From assembly GCA_029560465.1 (NCBI GenBank), contig JAKQKX010000045.1, positions 280,260 through 344,259 on the forward strand: a stretch of 64,000 nucleotides of DNA, written 5' to 3'. This DNA comes from Candidatus Omnitrophota bacterium. Lineage in GTDB: Bacteria; Omnitrophota; Gorgyraeia; Zapsychrales; JANLHA01. Numbering within the stretch: position 1 is the first letter of the stretch; each line of letters begins with the position of its first letter. Made by a program: the position numbers and the translations under genes. Shown here piece by piece: positions 1 through 9,342 of this stretch. The notes under the pieces were generated by a model. The model was not told the DNA's origin, did not search any database, and saw only the letters and a program-made list of their open reading frames with translations.

Positions 1-581
1 AGGCATTTATGCCCGCGGGCCGACACGTTAACCGGGGAACTGTCAAAAAGATAATTAAAAATGGACACGTCATGCGGGGCCAGGTCCCACAGGGCGTTAA
101 CGTCATACCGGAACGGCCCGAGGTTGGTGCGTTCCGAATGGGCGTATTGAATCACGCCCATTTCCCCGGACGCGATGAGTTCTTTGAGGTAAGTGATCCC
201 TTTATTAAAAACAAACACATGGCCGACCATCAAAATCTTTTGTTTTTCCGCCGCGAGGTGCTTCAATTCCAGGCTCTCTTCCGGACGCAGGGTCAACGGC
301 TTTTCGCAGAAGACATGCTTCCCCGCCTGGATCGCCTCCTTTGTCAAAGCATAATGCGTGTTTGTGGGGGAAGACACGCATACCGCGTCTATTTCCGCGT
401 CGTTTAAAATATCGCGGTAATCTCCCGAAGCGATAACTTCCGGGTAAGCCCCCTGCACCGCTTTGCGCCGTTCTTCATTCAAATCCGCGCAGCGTTTAAC
501 TTTGGAATCCGGCAAACTGCTGAATATCCGGATATGATTCGGCCCCCAATGCCCGCACCCGATAACACCGAAAGTAACCAA
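1..581 (-). CDS. Gfo/Idh/MocA family NAD(P)-dependent oxidoreductase (N-terminal part; gene continues past window start)
   Basis: Minus-strand frame reads MVTFGVIGCGHWGPNHIRIF...KRCADLNEERRKAV...GKHVFCEKPL. That gives a Rossmann GxGxxG motif plus the EKP motif typical of this family. TTG start at 581 is preceded by AAAGAGGAGGG. The antisense plus-strand ORF 9..407 is rejected. Confidence 0.7.
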   Translation of the reverse strand, partial: MVTFGVIGCGHWGPNHIRIFSSLPDSKVKRCADLNEERRKAVQGAYPEVIASGDYRDILNDAEIDAVCVSSPTNTHYALTKEAIQAGKHVFCEKPLTLRPEESLELKHLAAEKQKILMVGHVFVFNKGITYLKELIASGEMGVIQYAHSERTNLGPFRYDVNALWDLAPHDVSIFNYLFDSSPVNVSARGHKC

Positions 582-821
582 AACGCCCTCCTCTTTGAAA
601 AACTTTTATCCGTAACACCAGGATTTGCCCCGGCAGAAATTTTTTTTATTATACAAGCTCTCCCGGGACAGGGGAAGCTCTATTTTATTTTTCGCCGGTT
701 AAAAACACCGCAATGTTTTTAGAGTCAATGATTGAAAATGCCCTTCTTTATATTAAAATAAATGTCAACGGAAAAGGCGGGCGGCCTTTCAACCCAGATA
801 AGCCCCAAAATCATCCTGGCC

Positions 822-1271
822 ATGAAAACAAGACCCCGATGTTCACTGAAACAATGCGCATCCGCGCTGATTTTAACCATCGCCTGCGGGATGATCGCGT
901 TCAATATCCGAGATTATCATCGGACCTTTTCCCAAACGCGCCAGAAACGGCAGGACGTCCCCTACACGTTTCTGGGCATCCAGTTTTCAGGACTGCAGGA
1001 CATCCTCACCGGGACGGAAACGATCGGCTATCTGACGGATAAAGACCTGAACGCGCAACAGCATGCCATGCAATTCGCCCAGGCCCAGTTCATGCTGGCG
1101 CCGGTTATCCTGGACACGAATTTTTCCGGACACGAATACATCCTCCTGGACTGCTCCCGGCCAGACATCACCTGGGCCTTTATCAATAAATTCCGTCTTC
1201 AGCCGCTCAGAAGAAACCAGTTCGGGGTCGTCCTGGCACGGAACCCCCGCAGCGTAAAGGTTGCCTTTTAA
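822..1271 (+). CDS. hypothetical membrane-anchored protein
   Basis: ATG at 822 (MKTRPRCS...) with one N-terminal hydrophobic helix (ASALILTIACGMIAFNI). It ends 3 nt before the downstream GT-C-like gene, so it is probably co-transcribed. Function unknown. Confidence 0.35.
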   Translation: MKTRPRCSLKQCASALILTIACGMIAFNIRDYHRTFSQTRQKRQDVPYTFLGIQFSGLQDILTGTETIGYLTDKDLNAQQHAMQFAQAQFMLAPVILDTNFSGHEYILLDCSRPDITWAFINKFRLQPLRRNQFGVVLARNPRSVKVAF

Positions 1272-1274
1272 ATC

Positions 1275-2639
1275 ATGAACTTTTTCGCTCTGATCCCTTT
1301 TATGATTTCCGCCATCTCCGGCTTCTGCCTCCTGGGCCTGGTTCTGCCCTGCCGCCATCCGAAAGACTTCCCGTGCCACGCGGTCTTATCCGCCGGGCTG
1401 GGGCTGGGGATCAGCGCCTTTCTAACCTGGACATGCTTTCTGCTCCTTCAGCAATTCCACAAAACATATCTTATCTCCTGTCATGTGGTCCTCCTCTTGG
1501 CCCTGCTGTATTTCTATAACAAAAAACCCCGGACGCTCCCTGGGCTCGACAAAAAAACCGCGCTCGATACTGCTTTGGCCGCCGTGTTATTAGCCATAAC
1601 CCTGACCGCAGCCTGGCATTTCGGGCAATTTTATCCCTTGGGCGGATGGGATGCCTGGCAAGTTTGGAACATCAAAGCGAAATTTTTATTCCTAGGCGGC
1701 GGCCACTGGAGGAATATGTTGCAGCCCTCCCTCTGGCAAACCAGCCCCCATTATCCATTACTCCTGCCGCTCATCAACGTGTGGGGCTGGACATTCCAGG
1801 AATCCGCTTCCCCCGTGACACCGTTTCTCACCGCCATAATATTCACAGGATTAACCGCCTTCCTGCCCTGGGCGATCCTGTATTCCTGGGGCGCGCGGCG
1901 GGGGGTTCCGCTTCTGCCCGCCCTGCTCCTGCTGACTCACCCATTTTTTATTACCCTAGGAACCAGCCAATACGCAGATATCCTTTTTGCCTTTTACCTC
2001 TTGGCCAGCCTGTTCTGCCTGCTCAAAAGCCTTGACCATGAACATGCGGGGTATGGAATCCTGGCTAGCCTGTTCTTAGGCATGCTTTCCTTCTCTAAGC
2101 CGGAAGGGACTTTGCTCGCCCTGCAAGCCTTCGCATCAACCGTGATCATGCAGATGATTCTTCCAAAAACCGCCGGCCAAAACACCGCCGCCCCCAGGCC
2201 GCCCTGGGGCGCATGGATCGCAATCTTCTGTTTAGCCCTGATCCCCACGATCATTTTTAACGTGTTTTATTCTCCCGGGAACCAGACTTTTATTAACGGA
2301 CTTTCCTCCAGCAGTCACCCGGCATCCCTCTTCCGGGTTAAAATGATCCTCGCTTTTCTCACAGTCGAATTGAAAAGCCCGAAATGGAACGGGATATGGA
2401 TATTTATCCTGTCAGGATTGCTTCTGCAGGCCCCAAAATGCTTTCAAGGCAAATGGCTTTTAATTCCGGTCGTTCTTCTGATTTATCTGTCCAGTGTCCT
2501 GTCATATTATTTCCTGAACACATACTTTAAAATCGACTGGTGGCTGCAAGTTTCCCTGCACCGGATCCTATTCACCCTCTTGCCCACATGCTTATTCTGG
2601 GTCTTTGGGCCCTTATGTTCTTCACGCCCCCGGCAATAA
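1275..2639 (+). CDS. polytopic integral membrane protein, GT-C-like fold (putative glycosyltransferase of the PMT/ArnT/GT39-83-87 superfamily)
   Basis: 454 aa with at least 10 predicted TM helices. Short loops carry FSKPEGTLLALQAF-type motifs seen in GT-C lipid-linked sugar transferases. No catalytic DExR motif recognised, so the family assignment is tentative. Confidence 0.5.
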   Translation: MNFFALIPFMISAISGFCLLGLVLPCRHPKDFPCHAVLSAGLGLGISAFLTWTCFLLLQQFHKTYLISCHVVLLLALLYFYNKKPRTLPGLDKKTALDTALAAVLLAITLTAAWHFGQFYPLGGWDAWQVWNIKAKFLFLGGGHWRNMLQPSLWQTSPHYPLLLPLINVWGWTFQESASPVTPFLTAIIFTGLTAFLPWAILYSWGARRGVPLLPALLLLTHPFFITLGTSQYADILFAFYLLASLFCLLKSLDHEHAGYGILASLFLGMLSFSKPEGTLLALQAFASTVIMQMILPKTAGQNTAAPRPPWGAWIAIFCLALIPTIIFNVFYSPGNQTFINGLSSSSHPASLFRVKMILAFLTVELKSPKWNGIWIFILSGLLLQAPKCFQGKWLLIPVVLLIYLSSVLSYYFLNTYFKIDWWLQVSLHRILFTLLPTCLFWVFGPLCSSRPRQ

Positions 2640-2666
2640 AAAAGGGCAGAAAAAACTTTTCTGCCC
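2635..2666 (-). terminator. rho-independent terminator downstream of greA
   Basis: Perfect 10-bp stem GGGCAGAAAA / TTTTCTGCCC (2644-2653 / 2657-2666) with a 3-nt loop. On the minus strand it is followed by TTTTTTATT. It overlaps the stop codon of the convergent plus-strand gene. Confidence 0.7.
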
Positions 2667-2745
2667 AAAGTGCTTCACTTTAAAAACATCCTATACCGCT
2701 TAACACTTCATGAATGAGAGCCCTCGCCCCATCCAGGGGGATAGT

Positions 2746-3222
2746 TCACGGGCGCTCAATTTTCAAAATCTTGTATTTGAGCGTCCCGGCCGGGACCGGA
2801 ATCGCCAGTTCCTCTCCGGCCGCTTTCCCAAGCAGTCCTTTGCCGACCGGGGAAAAAATGGAAAGCTTGTTCTCTTCATAATTCGATTCTTCCGGGGACA
2901 CCATCATATACCGCAGTTCTTCCTGGGTGTCCAAGTCCAGGAGAGTCACAATAGCGCCAATATACACTTTATCCGCGGGGATATTCTGAGACTCGATAAT
3001 ACGGACGTTCGCCAGTTTGGCTTCCATTTCCGCAATCCGGGCTTCGCAATGCGCCTGGGCGTCCTTGGCCGCGTCGTATTCCGCGTTCTCCGACAAATCC
3101 CCCTGCAGGCGCGCTTCTCCGATAGCGCGAGAAATCCGCCGGCGCTCCACATTCTTCAAATGATCCAATTCCTGGATCATTTTCTCATATCCTGCTTTGG
3201 TTAAATACACTTCCTGAGCCAT
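2746..3222 (-). CDS. greA: transcription elongation factor GreA
   Basis: 158 aa, MAQEVYLTKAGYEKMIQELDHL...SENAEYDAAKD...SPVGKGLLGK, the full GreA N-terminal coiled coil plus C-terminal FKBP-like domain. ATG at 3222 is preceded by AGAGGGGGTGG. Confidence 0.9.
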   Translation of the reverse strand: MAQEVYLTKAGYEKMIQELDHLKNVERRRISRAIGEARLQGDLSENAEYDAAKDAQAHCEARIAEMEAKLANVRIIESQNIPADKVYIGAIVTLLDLDTQEELRYMMVSPEESNYEENKLSIFSPVGKGLLGKAAGEELAIPVPAGTLKYKILKIERP

Positions 3223-3318
3223 AACCACCCCCTCTTGCTGATTCCTGCCTCTGGGTTCCAGGGCTGTTCCGCCGCCAAGAAACCGGCAGGCATAAATTCT
3301 GAGGGCCCGACGGAAGAA

Positions 3319-3552
3319 CTACATATTTTCCACGGCCTTCATCATCACCGGGATAATTTCCTGGACCTCTTCCTTCGTCAAACGACCTAACTTCTGAAAA
3401 CGCCATTCGTCATTCTGTGCCCGCGACTCCCTGGACAATTGCAGTTTCTTGGTCCCGCCGTTATAAGAAAACACGCCGATGCTAATGCGCGTATCCCCGA
3501 ATTCTTTCATTTCCTTAAATGTCTCGATGTCCAGAGATTTTTCGTAAGGCAT
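3319..3552 (-). CDS. small conserved protein, possibly a PC4-like/YdbC-type ssDNA-binding fold
   Basis: 77 aa. A strong SD (AAGGAGGAG) lies 4 nt upstream of the ATG. The segment ISIGVFSYNGGTKKLQLSRE...WRFQKLGRLTKEEVQEI resembles bacterial YdbC/PC4-like proteins. The function assignment is weak. Confidence 0.5.
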   Translation of the reverse strand: MPYEKSLDIETFKEMKEFGDTRISIGVFSYNGGTKKLQLSRESRAQNDEWRFQKLGRLTKEEVQEIIPVMMKAVENM

Positions 3553-3637
3553 TGTCTCCTCCTTTGGTTTCCTTCTTTAAGTTTCAAATAAATTATCCGT
3601 TTTAATCTTCAAAAACCCGGCACGCCCCCCTGCGCCG

Positions 3638-3919
3638 TCACATCCCCGGCATCAGCGATGCCATCTTCTGCGCTGCCAGGTTTTGCGCCTTTTTAACCGC
3701 GGCGTTGACCGAACGTGTCAGGTCAGACTCTAGTTTTTCCTTATTCCCGCTTGTGAACAAATTCTCATCAATTTCAATCGAACGGAAATTTTGGGAACCC
3801 GTGACCGTGATCCTGATCCCCCTGACTTCCTCCACGTCGACGCACATCGCATCCAGTTCCTTCTTAATTTTATCCGCCTGCTTCTTCATTTCCATGAGCT
3901 GTTTCATTTTATCCAGCAT
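3638..3919 (-). CDS. ybaB: YbaB/EbfC family nucleoid-associated protein
   Basis: MLDKMKQLMEMKKQADKIKKELD...VTGSQNFRSIEID..., a characteristic YbaB. ATG at 3919 with AAGGAG 6 nt upstream; the GTG start of the track ORF is rejected. Confidence 0.85.
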   Translation of the reverse strand: MLDKMKQLMEMKKQADKIKKELDAMCVDVEEVRGIRITVTGSQNFRSIEIDENLFTSGNKEKLESDLTRSVNAAVKKAQNLAAQKMASLMPGM

Positions 3920-4011
3920 CAAAAACTCCTTTTCCACAAACCGGCTTATAAATATTAATACTCGCCCTTTATACTCTAAAACAGGCGTTTTTGCAAGCGC
4001 TAAAGAAAAAA

Positions 4012-4320
4012 CTACATTTTCATCCTCACGGCGATATCAACAAGCGTTTGAACGACAAAAGACTGAAGGAACATCGCCAGCAGAAGCGCGATCATGGGAG
4101 AGAGGTCAATCATCATCGACCCCGGCAAAAGCCGCCGGATCGGCATAAGAACGGGTTCTGTGGTTTGCACCAGGAACCGGACGATAGGATTAAACGGGTC
4201 AGGATTAACCCAGCTGATCAAGGCCCTCACAAAAATCAAAAACATCAAAAATGACAAAGCCATGTTGAGAATCTGCGCTACGGCATAGATGAAATTTCCA
4301 AGAACAAACATTCCCTTCAA
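4012..4320 (-). CDS. yggT: YggT family membrane protein
   Basis: 102 aa, two-TM protein with the conserved ...LISWVNPDPFNPIVRFL... core of the YggT/Ycf19 family. Confidence 0.85.
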   Translation of the reverse strand: MKGMFVLGNFIYAVAQILNMALSFLMFLIFVRALISWVNPDPFNPIVRFLVQTTEPVLMPIRRLLPGSMMIDLSPMIALLLAMFLQSFVVQTLVDIAVRMKM

Positions 4321-4341
4321 CCCCTTTCTTGGTATGGTCCC

Positions 4342-4938
4342 CTAAAAGATTTTAAACAAGTCCCCGTCAATGATGCGCTGCTCAATCCGGTTCAGCAGAC
4401 GGCGGACGGTGACGGAAAAGTCCCGGACATCCTGCGTGATCGTGTCGATCTTCCGGGAGGTTTCGAGCAAAGAACCCGCCGCCGCGTTGAAATTCTCCGC
4501 CAGGTCCTGAACATCCAAGGGATCAATCCCGACGATAGGTTTAGTCAGGTCTTCCCTGAAATAATGCGGATGTGTGGTGATCTCCATGACCTTCTCCCCC
4601 AAAACCCCTTCGGTGATGACGGCAAACCGGACACTCTTATGCAGTTGCTTCTCGTAACGTTTATAAAGGCTCAAAGACACCCGGACCCCCCGGCCTTCAA
4701 CCTCTTCATCGAGGAAATTGATCTTGGAAACGGTCCCAACGGTGACGCCCGAGACCCGCACCGGAGCCCCCTCCACCAGCCCCCCGATCCTCCGGAAAAG
4801 GACCGTCATTTCAAACCGGGTTTCCGTCAATCCTTTATCAAGCCCGATCATGAAGATCACACCCACGATCAACCCCACGCCGAGCAAGAAAAAGACGGCC
4901 GCCGCGAGTTTCCTGAATATATAATTATTCTCCATCAT
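4342..4938 (-). CDS. mlaD: MlaD (MCE-domain) lipid-transport periplasmic component
   Basis: N-terminal TM anchor followed by an MCE domain (FRRIGGLVEGAPVRVSGVTVGTVSKI). Sits immediately downstream of mlaF and mlaE. Confidence 0.85.
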   Translation of the reverse strand: MMENNYIFRKLAAAVFFLLGVGLIVGVIFMIGLDKGLTETRFEMTVLFRRIGGLVEGAPVRVSGVTVGTVSKINFLDEEVEGRGVRVSLSLYKRYEKQLHKSVRFAVITEGVLGEKVMEITTHPHYFREDLTKPIVGIDPLDVQDLAENFNAAAGSLLETSRKIDTITQDVRDFSVTVRRLLNRIEQRIIDGDLFKIF

Positions 4939-4984
4939 CCCCTCCCGAAGGTTAAATTAACATCTTGGAGCAGGTCTGGCAACA

Positions 4985-5701
4985 TCAAGTCAAGAATTCT
5001 TGGATGAACGCGTCCTGGGAAGATTTCATGTCGTCCGGGGTCCCCCGGGCGACAATGCGCCCCTTCCGCAACAAAATCATCCGGTCGGCAATCCGCAAAG
5101 AATTTTCCATATCATGCGAGGCGACCACTGTTGTGCATTTTAAGTCCCGGCAAAGGCCGTGAATCAAGTTGGAAATTTCCCGGCTTTTAATCGGATCAAG
5201 CCCCGAAGTGGGCTCATCACATAATAGTATTTTAGAATCCAAAATAACCGCCCGGGCCAGGGCCGCCCGTTTTCTCATCCCACCGCTTAATTCCGCCGGG
5301 TACTTCGCCAGGGCGCCGGCCAACCCGACCTGCGTCAGGATTTTCGTGACCTTCTCAACCGTTTCCCGGCGCTTCAAAGCCGTATGTTCTTTTAGAGGAA
5401 ACGCGACATTTTCATAGACCGTCATAAAATCATACAAGGCCCCGTCCTGGAACAAATACCCGATATCCCTCCGGATCCCCAGCAATTTCCTCTCCGGTAA
5501 CGGCACAATGTCCTTCCCGTTCACACGGATCGTTCCTTGATCCGGCTTAAGGATGCCGATCAGGTGCTTGAGCAACACGCTCTTGCCGGACCCGCTTTCC
5601 CCGAGGATGACCAGGATTTCCCCGTCCGATATGCTGAAGGACAAATCCTCCAGCACGGGCTGGCCGTTAAAACTCTTCGAAAGATGTTCAACCTCAATCA
5701 T
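4985..5701 (-). CDS. mlaF: MlaF ABC transporter ATP-binding protein
   Basis: Walker A GESGSGKS, signature LSGGMRKRAALARA, Walker B ILLCDEPTSGLD. Confidence 0.9.
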   Translation of the reverse strand: MIEVEHLSKSFNGQPVLEDLSFSISDGEILVILGESGSGKSVLLKHLIGILKPDQGTIRVNGKDIVPLPERKLLGIRRDIGYLFQDGALYDFMTVYENVAFPLKEHTALKRRETVEKVTKILTQVGLAGALAKYPAELSGGMRKRAALARAVILDSKILLCDEPTSGLDPIKSREISNLIHGLCRDLKCTTVVASHDMENSLRIADRMILLRKGRIVARGTPDDMKSSQDAFIQEFLT

Positions 5702-6023
5702 TCAGGTCTCGCTTCTTAAAAACTCTAAATTTGTTTTTCCCGAATTTCGTGTACAAAGCCCGGAAAGGCCTCACATCAACCTTGTCGACAAAGATCTGCA
5801 CCCCTTGACATTCCCCCAACAAAAGCACTTCCGAATCCAGTAAAACATCAATGGCGTCCTGGGGATACCATACCCCATCCTCAAATTCCATCGGCTCGCC
5901 GTCGCGGATCCATTTCGCTTCCTGGGCCGGAATATTATAAACCGACAGCTGCCCGGTATTTCCCTGGACGTTTGAGGAACACCCCGCGCCACCGACCAAC
6001 AGGATGAGACCGCAGATCAACAT
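5694..6023 (-). CDS. small lipoprotein inserted between mlaE and mlaF
   Basis: ATG at 6023 gives MLICGLILLVGGAGCSSN..., a signal peptide with a lipobox (GAGC). 109 aa. Stop overlaps the mlaF start (ATGA). Confidence 0.5.
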   Translation of the reverse strand: MLICGLILLVGGAGCSSNVQGNTGQLSVYNIPAQEAKWIRDGEPMEFEDGVWYPQDAIDVLLDSEVLLLGECQGVQIFVDKVDVRPFRALYTKFGKNKFRVFKKRDLND

Positions 6024-6058
6024 AAAATTTTTCTTTTTCACCGGACAGCCCTCCTTTG

Positions 6059-6832
6059 TCAGCCCCAAAAAGCCAGGATGATCTTTGTTAAGACCGTATT
6101 GGAAAGGACAACAAACATATAAGAATACGCCACGGCCCGCGTGGTATACCGCCCCACACCCAAGGAGCCGCCCGTGGTCCGATAGCCCTGGTAACAACAC
6201 ACCCAGGACACGATCACGGCGAAAAATACCGTTTTAATAAATCCGCTGAAGAAATCCACAAAATGGACCGCCCGCAGCGTTTGATGGATGTACGTTGAGC
6301 TCGGGATATTCGCGTCCATGACCCCGATCATATACCCGCCGGCGATCCCGATCACTTCCGAGAACACGACCAAAACCGGAAGGACGGCCATGCTCGCCAG
6401 CATGCGCGGAAGGACAAGGTACGCCACCGGATCAACGCCCATCGTTCTGGTCGCGAGGATCTGGTCATTGACATTCATCGTTCCCAGTTCCGCCGCCATC
6501 CGCGCCCCGGCTTTGCCTGAAAAAATAAAAGACGTGAAAACCGGGCTGAGCTCCCGCACCAAGGACAGGACCACCAGATGAGCCACATATTCCTTGGTCC
6601 CGAAACGGTTCAACATGACATACCCCTGAAGGGCCAAGACGGCCCCGCAGGCGAAAGAAGTCATCCCGACGATAACAATCGACTGGATGCCTTGCTCATA
6701 AATCTGTTTTAAAAGTTCACCCCAGCGCACGCGCCCGGTCAGGATGTAGGCAAACACCTCCCCCAGGAAGAACAGGGCGTTTCCGATCTCGATAAGAAAC
6801 TCATACAATTTATTGAGGCTCTTGAGAATCAT
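6059..6832 (-). CDS. mlaE: MlaE ABC transporter permease
   Basis: 257 aa polytopic permease with conserved MlaE core (GAVLALQGY...TRTMGVDP...). Confidence 0.9.
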   Translation of the reverse strand: MILKSLNKLYEFLIEIGNALFFLGEVFAYILTGRVRWGELLKQIYEQGIQSIVIVGMTSFACGAVLALQGYVMLNRFGTKEYVAHLVVLSLVRELSPVFTSFIFSGKAGARMAAELGTMNVNDQILATRTMGVDPVAYLVLPRMLASMAVLPVLVVFSEVIGIAGGYMIGVMDANIPSSTYIHQTLRAVHFVDFFSGFIKTVFFAVIVSWVCCYQGYRTTGGSLGVGRYTTRAVAYSYMFVVLSNTVLTKIILAFWG

Positions 6833-7328
6833 GTTTCCGCTTGCGTGGCTTCAGCCATATCCGGCTGAGCTCATCGGTAATCCGCATTTCCTGAACCCGG
6901 GAGATACGCTTCTCCGGATTCCGGGGGGCCGGTCCCGGTGCCGGTTGAGGATCCACCCGGGCGTGCCAAAAATCCTGAACGCTCAAAACCCCCGCCCCTA
7001 ACGAACGGACATAATACTGAATGGCCCTGTCATCCGTCACCACGACCGTCGACTTCCTGGCCCCGGCATGCCCGACCATCTGCTTAATCTTTTCATCCGC
7101 CGATTGGCCGCAGGAAAAGACCACCTTCACCGGCCCGGGGTGCGGGAACGGCCCCACACCGGCCTGCCCGTCAAAAACCACCGTAACCGTGTTATGCACA
7201 CTCCCCTGCGGCCTCCGTGTTTCCAGGACAGCGATCAGTTTCCGGCGGCCCGCTTCCAAAGGCAGTTCGGCCAGGGCATCACTGTTCTTAATAATATTGT
7301 ATCCGTCCAGAATAAAATGTAACGCCAT
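6810..7328 (-). CDS. NYN-domain (YacP/Rae1-like) predicted ribonuclease
   Basis: Starts MALHFILDGYNII...; the DGYN motif and acidic residues are typical of the NYN/YacP family. Overlaps mlaE by 23 nt. Confidence 0.7.
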   Translation of the reverse strand: MALHFILDGYNIIKNSDALAELPLEAGRRKLIAVLETRRPQGSVHNTVTVVFDGQAGVGPFPHPGPVKVVFSCGQSADEKIKQMVGHAGARKSTVVVTDDRAIQYYVRSLGAGVLSVQDFWHARVDPQPAPGPAPRNPEKRISRVQEMRITDELSRIWLKPRKRKHDSQEPQ

Positions 7329-7418
7329 TATAAATAATAATTAACGCCCTTTTGACTTTTCACTATCAGAAGAATCCCTGTCTGATGCCCCTGTAACACT
7401 TAATTTGTCAGGATCTCG

Positions 7419-8402
7419 CTAACTTATATTGGGTGTCACGACAGGGATATCGGGGCGAGGATCTTTCGTCAACATGTATACCGCGCCCCCCAACAGCCCG
7501 CACAGGACCATCATTAAATAATTCAACAAACTGACGCTCATCGCGATCCCAGGCTCAACCCCGACCTTCGCGAACAGGTAAACAGCCGCGGCTTCCCGCG
7601 CCCCCAAACCTCCGACGGAAGGGAACGTTGAGGCAAAACAGGTAAACGGGACAAAGACAAGGAAATAAATCAAGGGGATATCCTGATGAAGGCTTTTGGC
7701 CAGGATGAACCAGGCAAAGGACAATGACGAATGCGCAATCGATGAGATAAAGATGGCTTTCAGGTTTGTTATTTTTCCGTCCTTCAATAAAACGATATCG
7801 TAATGCATGTTCATCAGCCCCTTTTGCAGTCGGGGAAAAACCTGAAACGCGCGGCAGCAAAAAGAATAAATCTTTTCGTTGGAAATAATGAACGCTGTGC
7901 CCCCAGAAACGCCGGCGACAATAATAATAAGGGCCAAGAGGGACATATCCTGAAGGAGATGGTAGCCGGCGAAGAAAGCAACCGTGGAAACCGTGACCAT
8001 GGACGCGAAACCACTCAACCGGTCCAGGACAACCGAGGCCACCACTTTGGCCTTCCCCTGCCGTTTATGGCAAAGCCCCATGGTCTTGATCACATCGCCT
8101 CCGATGGCGCTGGGCAGGAACAAATTGCCGAATAATCCAATAGAAAAATAACGGGTCAGGCGGAGGAAAGAAGCGTCTATACGAAGCGCCCGCACATAAA
8201 TAAGCCAGCGGATGAGGATCATCCCGTTAATCAGGTTAAATATGAAAAAAGCCAGGAGCATATACCCCATATCAGCAGACTTCACGATGGCAACGGTCGT
8301 TTCCACATCAATCTGGTTATAAAGATAAATCAGCAACACCCCGCTGATCAGGTAACGGCTGACGGCAATAAGCAAATTTTTAGTCTTTTCTGGCAGCGCC
8401 AT
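7419..8402 (-). CDS. UPF0104 / lysylphosphatidylglycerol-synthase-TM-like (flippase-like) membrane protein
   Basis: About 8 TM helices of the LPG_synthase_TM type. Start chosen at MALPEKTKNLL (8402) to limit overlap with lipA; the exact start is uncertain. Confidence 0.55.
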   Translation of the reverse strand: MALPEKTKNLLIAVSRYLISGVLLIYLYNQIDVETTVAIVKSADMGYMLLAFFIFNLINGMILIRWLIYVRALRIDASFLRLTRYFSIGLFGNLFLPSAIGGDVIKTMGLCHKRQGKAKVVASVVLDRLSGFASMVTVSTVAFFAGYHLLQDMSLLALIIIVAGVSGGTAFIISNEKIYSFCCRAFQVFPRLQKGLMNMHYDIVLLKDGKITNLKAIFISSIAHSSLSFAWFILAKSLHQDIPLIYFLVFVPFTCFASTFPSVGGLGAREAAAVYLFAKVGVEPGIAMSVSLLNYLMMVLCGLLGGAVYMLTKDPRPDIPVVTPNIS

Positions 8403-9336
8403 AAACAGCGACCTTTCTGTCAGCCCGGGGGGAAGACAGGGCTCCCGCCCACCGGCCACAATAGTCATTAAAAGACTCTTCCGCTAAAAACGAGCTCCGA
8501 ACCAGCGGGCCACTCTGAACGGTTTTAATCCCTCTTCCCAGCGCGTCCTCTTTCATGAGCAAAAATTCTTCCGGCTCCACAAAGCGCGCGACCGGAAAGT
8601 GCGCGCTGTCCCGGTGCGGCGCCAGGTACTGGCCGATCGTAAGGATATCACACCCGGCCCGGGCCAAATCTTCAAACGCGGCGGATAATTCCGCCCGGCT
8701 TTCCCCCATGCCGACCATGATCCCGGACTTCACCGCCAGGGCCGGCGATGCTTGCTTGGCTTGCCGCAGGATATCCAGCGACCGGGCATAATCAGCGCGC
8801 GGCCGGACCAACGCATAAAGCCGCGGGACTGTTTCAAGATTGTGGCCAAGCACATCCGGCACGCTCCGCACAACAGTTTCCAAGCTCGCCCGGTTTCCAC
8901 CGAAATCAGGGATCAAAAGTTCGATGCGCACCCCCGGGCAAGCGGCCCGGATGGCCAAAACTGTCCGGCTAAAGTGTCCCGCTCCGCCATCAGGGAGGTC
9001 ATCCCGGGTGACCGAAGTGACAACCACGTAACGTAAGTTCAAATGCTTTACGGCTTGCGCTAACCGAAAAGGCTCTTGCGGGGATACAATTTCCGGGACC
9101 CCCTTTTTGACCGCGCAAAACCGGCAGCCCCGGGTGCACTTCTCCCCTAAAATCATAAATGTGGCAGTGCCTTTCCCCCAGCATCGCCCTAGATTGGGGC
9201 AACGCGCGCCTTCACATACCGTGTGCAGGCGATGCCGCCTCAACACATTTTTTAGATGAGATATTTTGTCCGGTTCCGGGACAGGCTGCCGGAACCACGG
9301 AGGTAAACAAACTGGCTGAAAGAAAGCCGGGCGCAT
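8380..9336 (-). CDS. lipA: lipoyl synthase LipA (radical SAM)
   Basis: CEGARCPNLGRC auxiliary cluster motif and CTRGCRFC radical-SAM motif. Confidence 0.9.
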   Translation of the reverse strand: MRPAFFQPVCLPPWFRQPVPEPDKISHLKNVLRRHRLHTVCEGARCPNLGRCWGKGTATFMILGEKCTRGCRFCAVKKGVPEIVSPQEPFRLAQAVKHLNLRYVVVTSVTRDDLPDGGAGHFSRTVLAIRAACPGVRIELLIPDFGGNRASLETVVRSVPDVLGHNLETVPRLYALVRPRADYARSLDILRQAKQASPALAVKSGIMVGMGESRAELSAAFEDLARAGCDILTIGQYLAPHRDSAHFPVARFVEPEEFLLMKEDALGRGIKTVQSGPLVRSSFLAEESFNDYCGRWAGALSSPRADRKVAVYGAARKD

Positions 9337-9342
9337 AAAGGT

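Noticed and set aside
9-407. Plus-strand 132-aa ORF at the window start
   Set aside because: It is antisense to a clear minus-strand Gfo/Idh/MocA oxidoreductase (GVIGCGHWG Rossmann motif, strong SD), and the plus ORF has no recognisable motifs.
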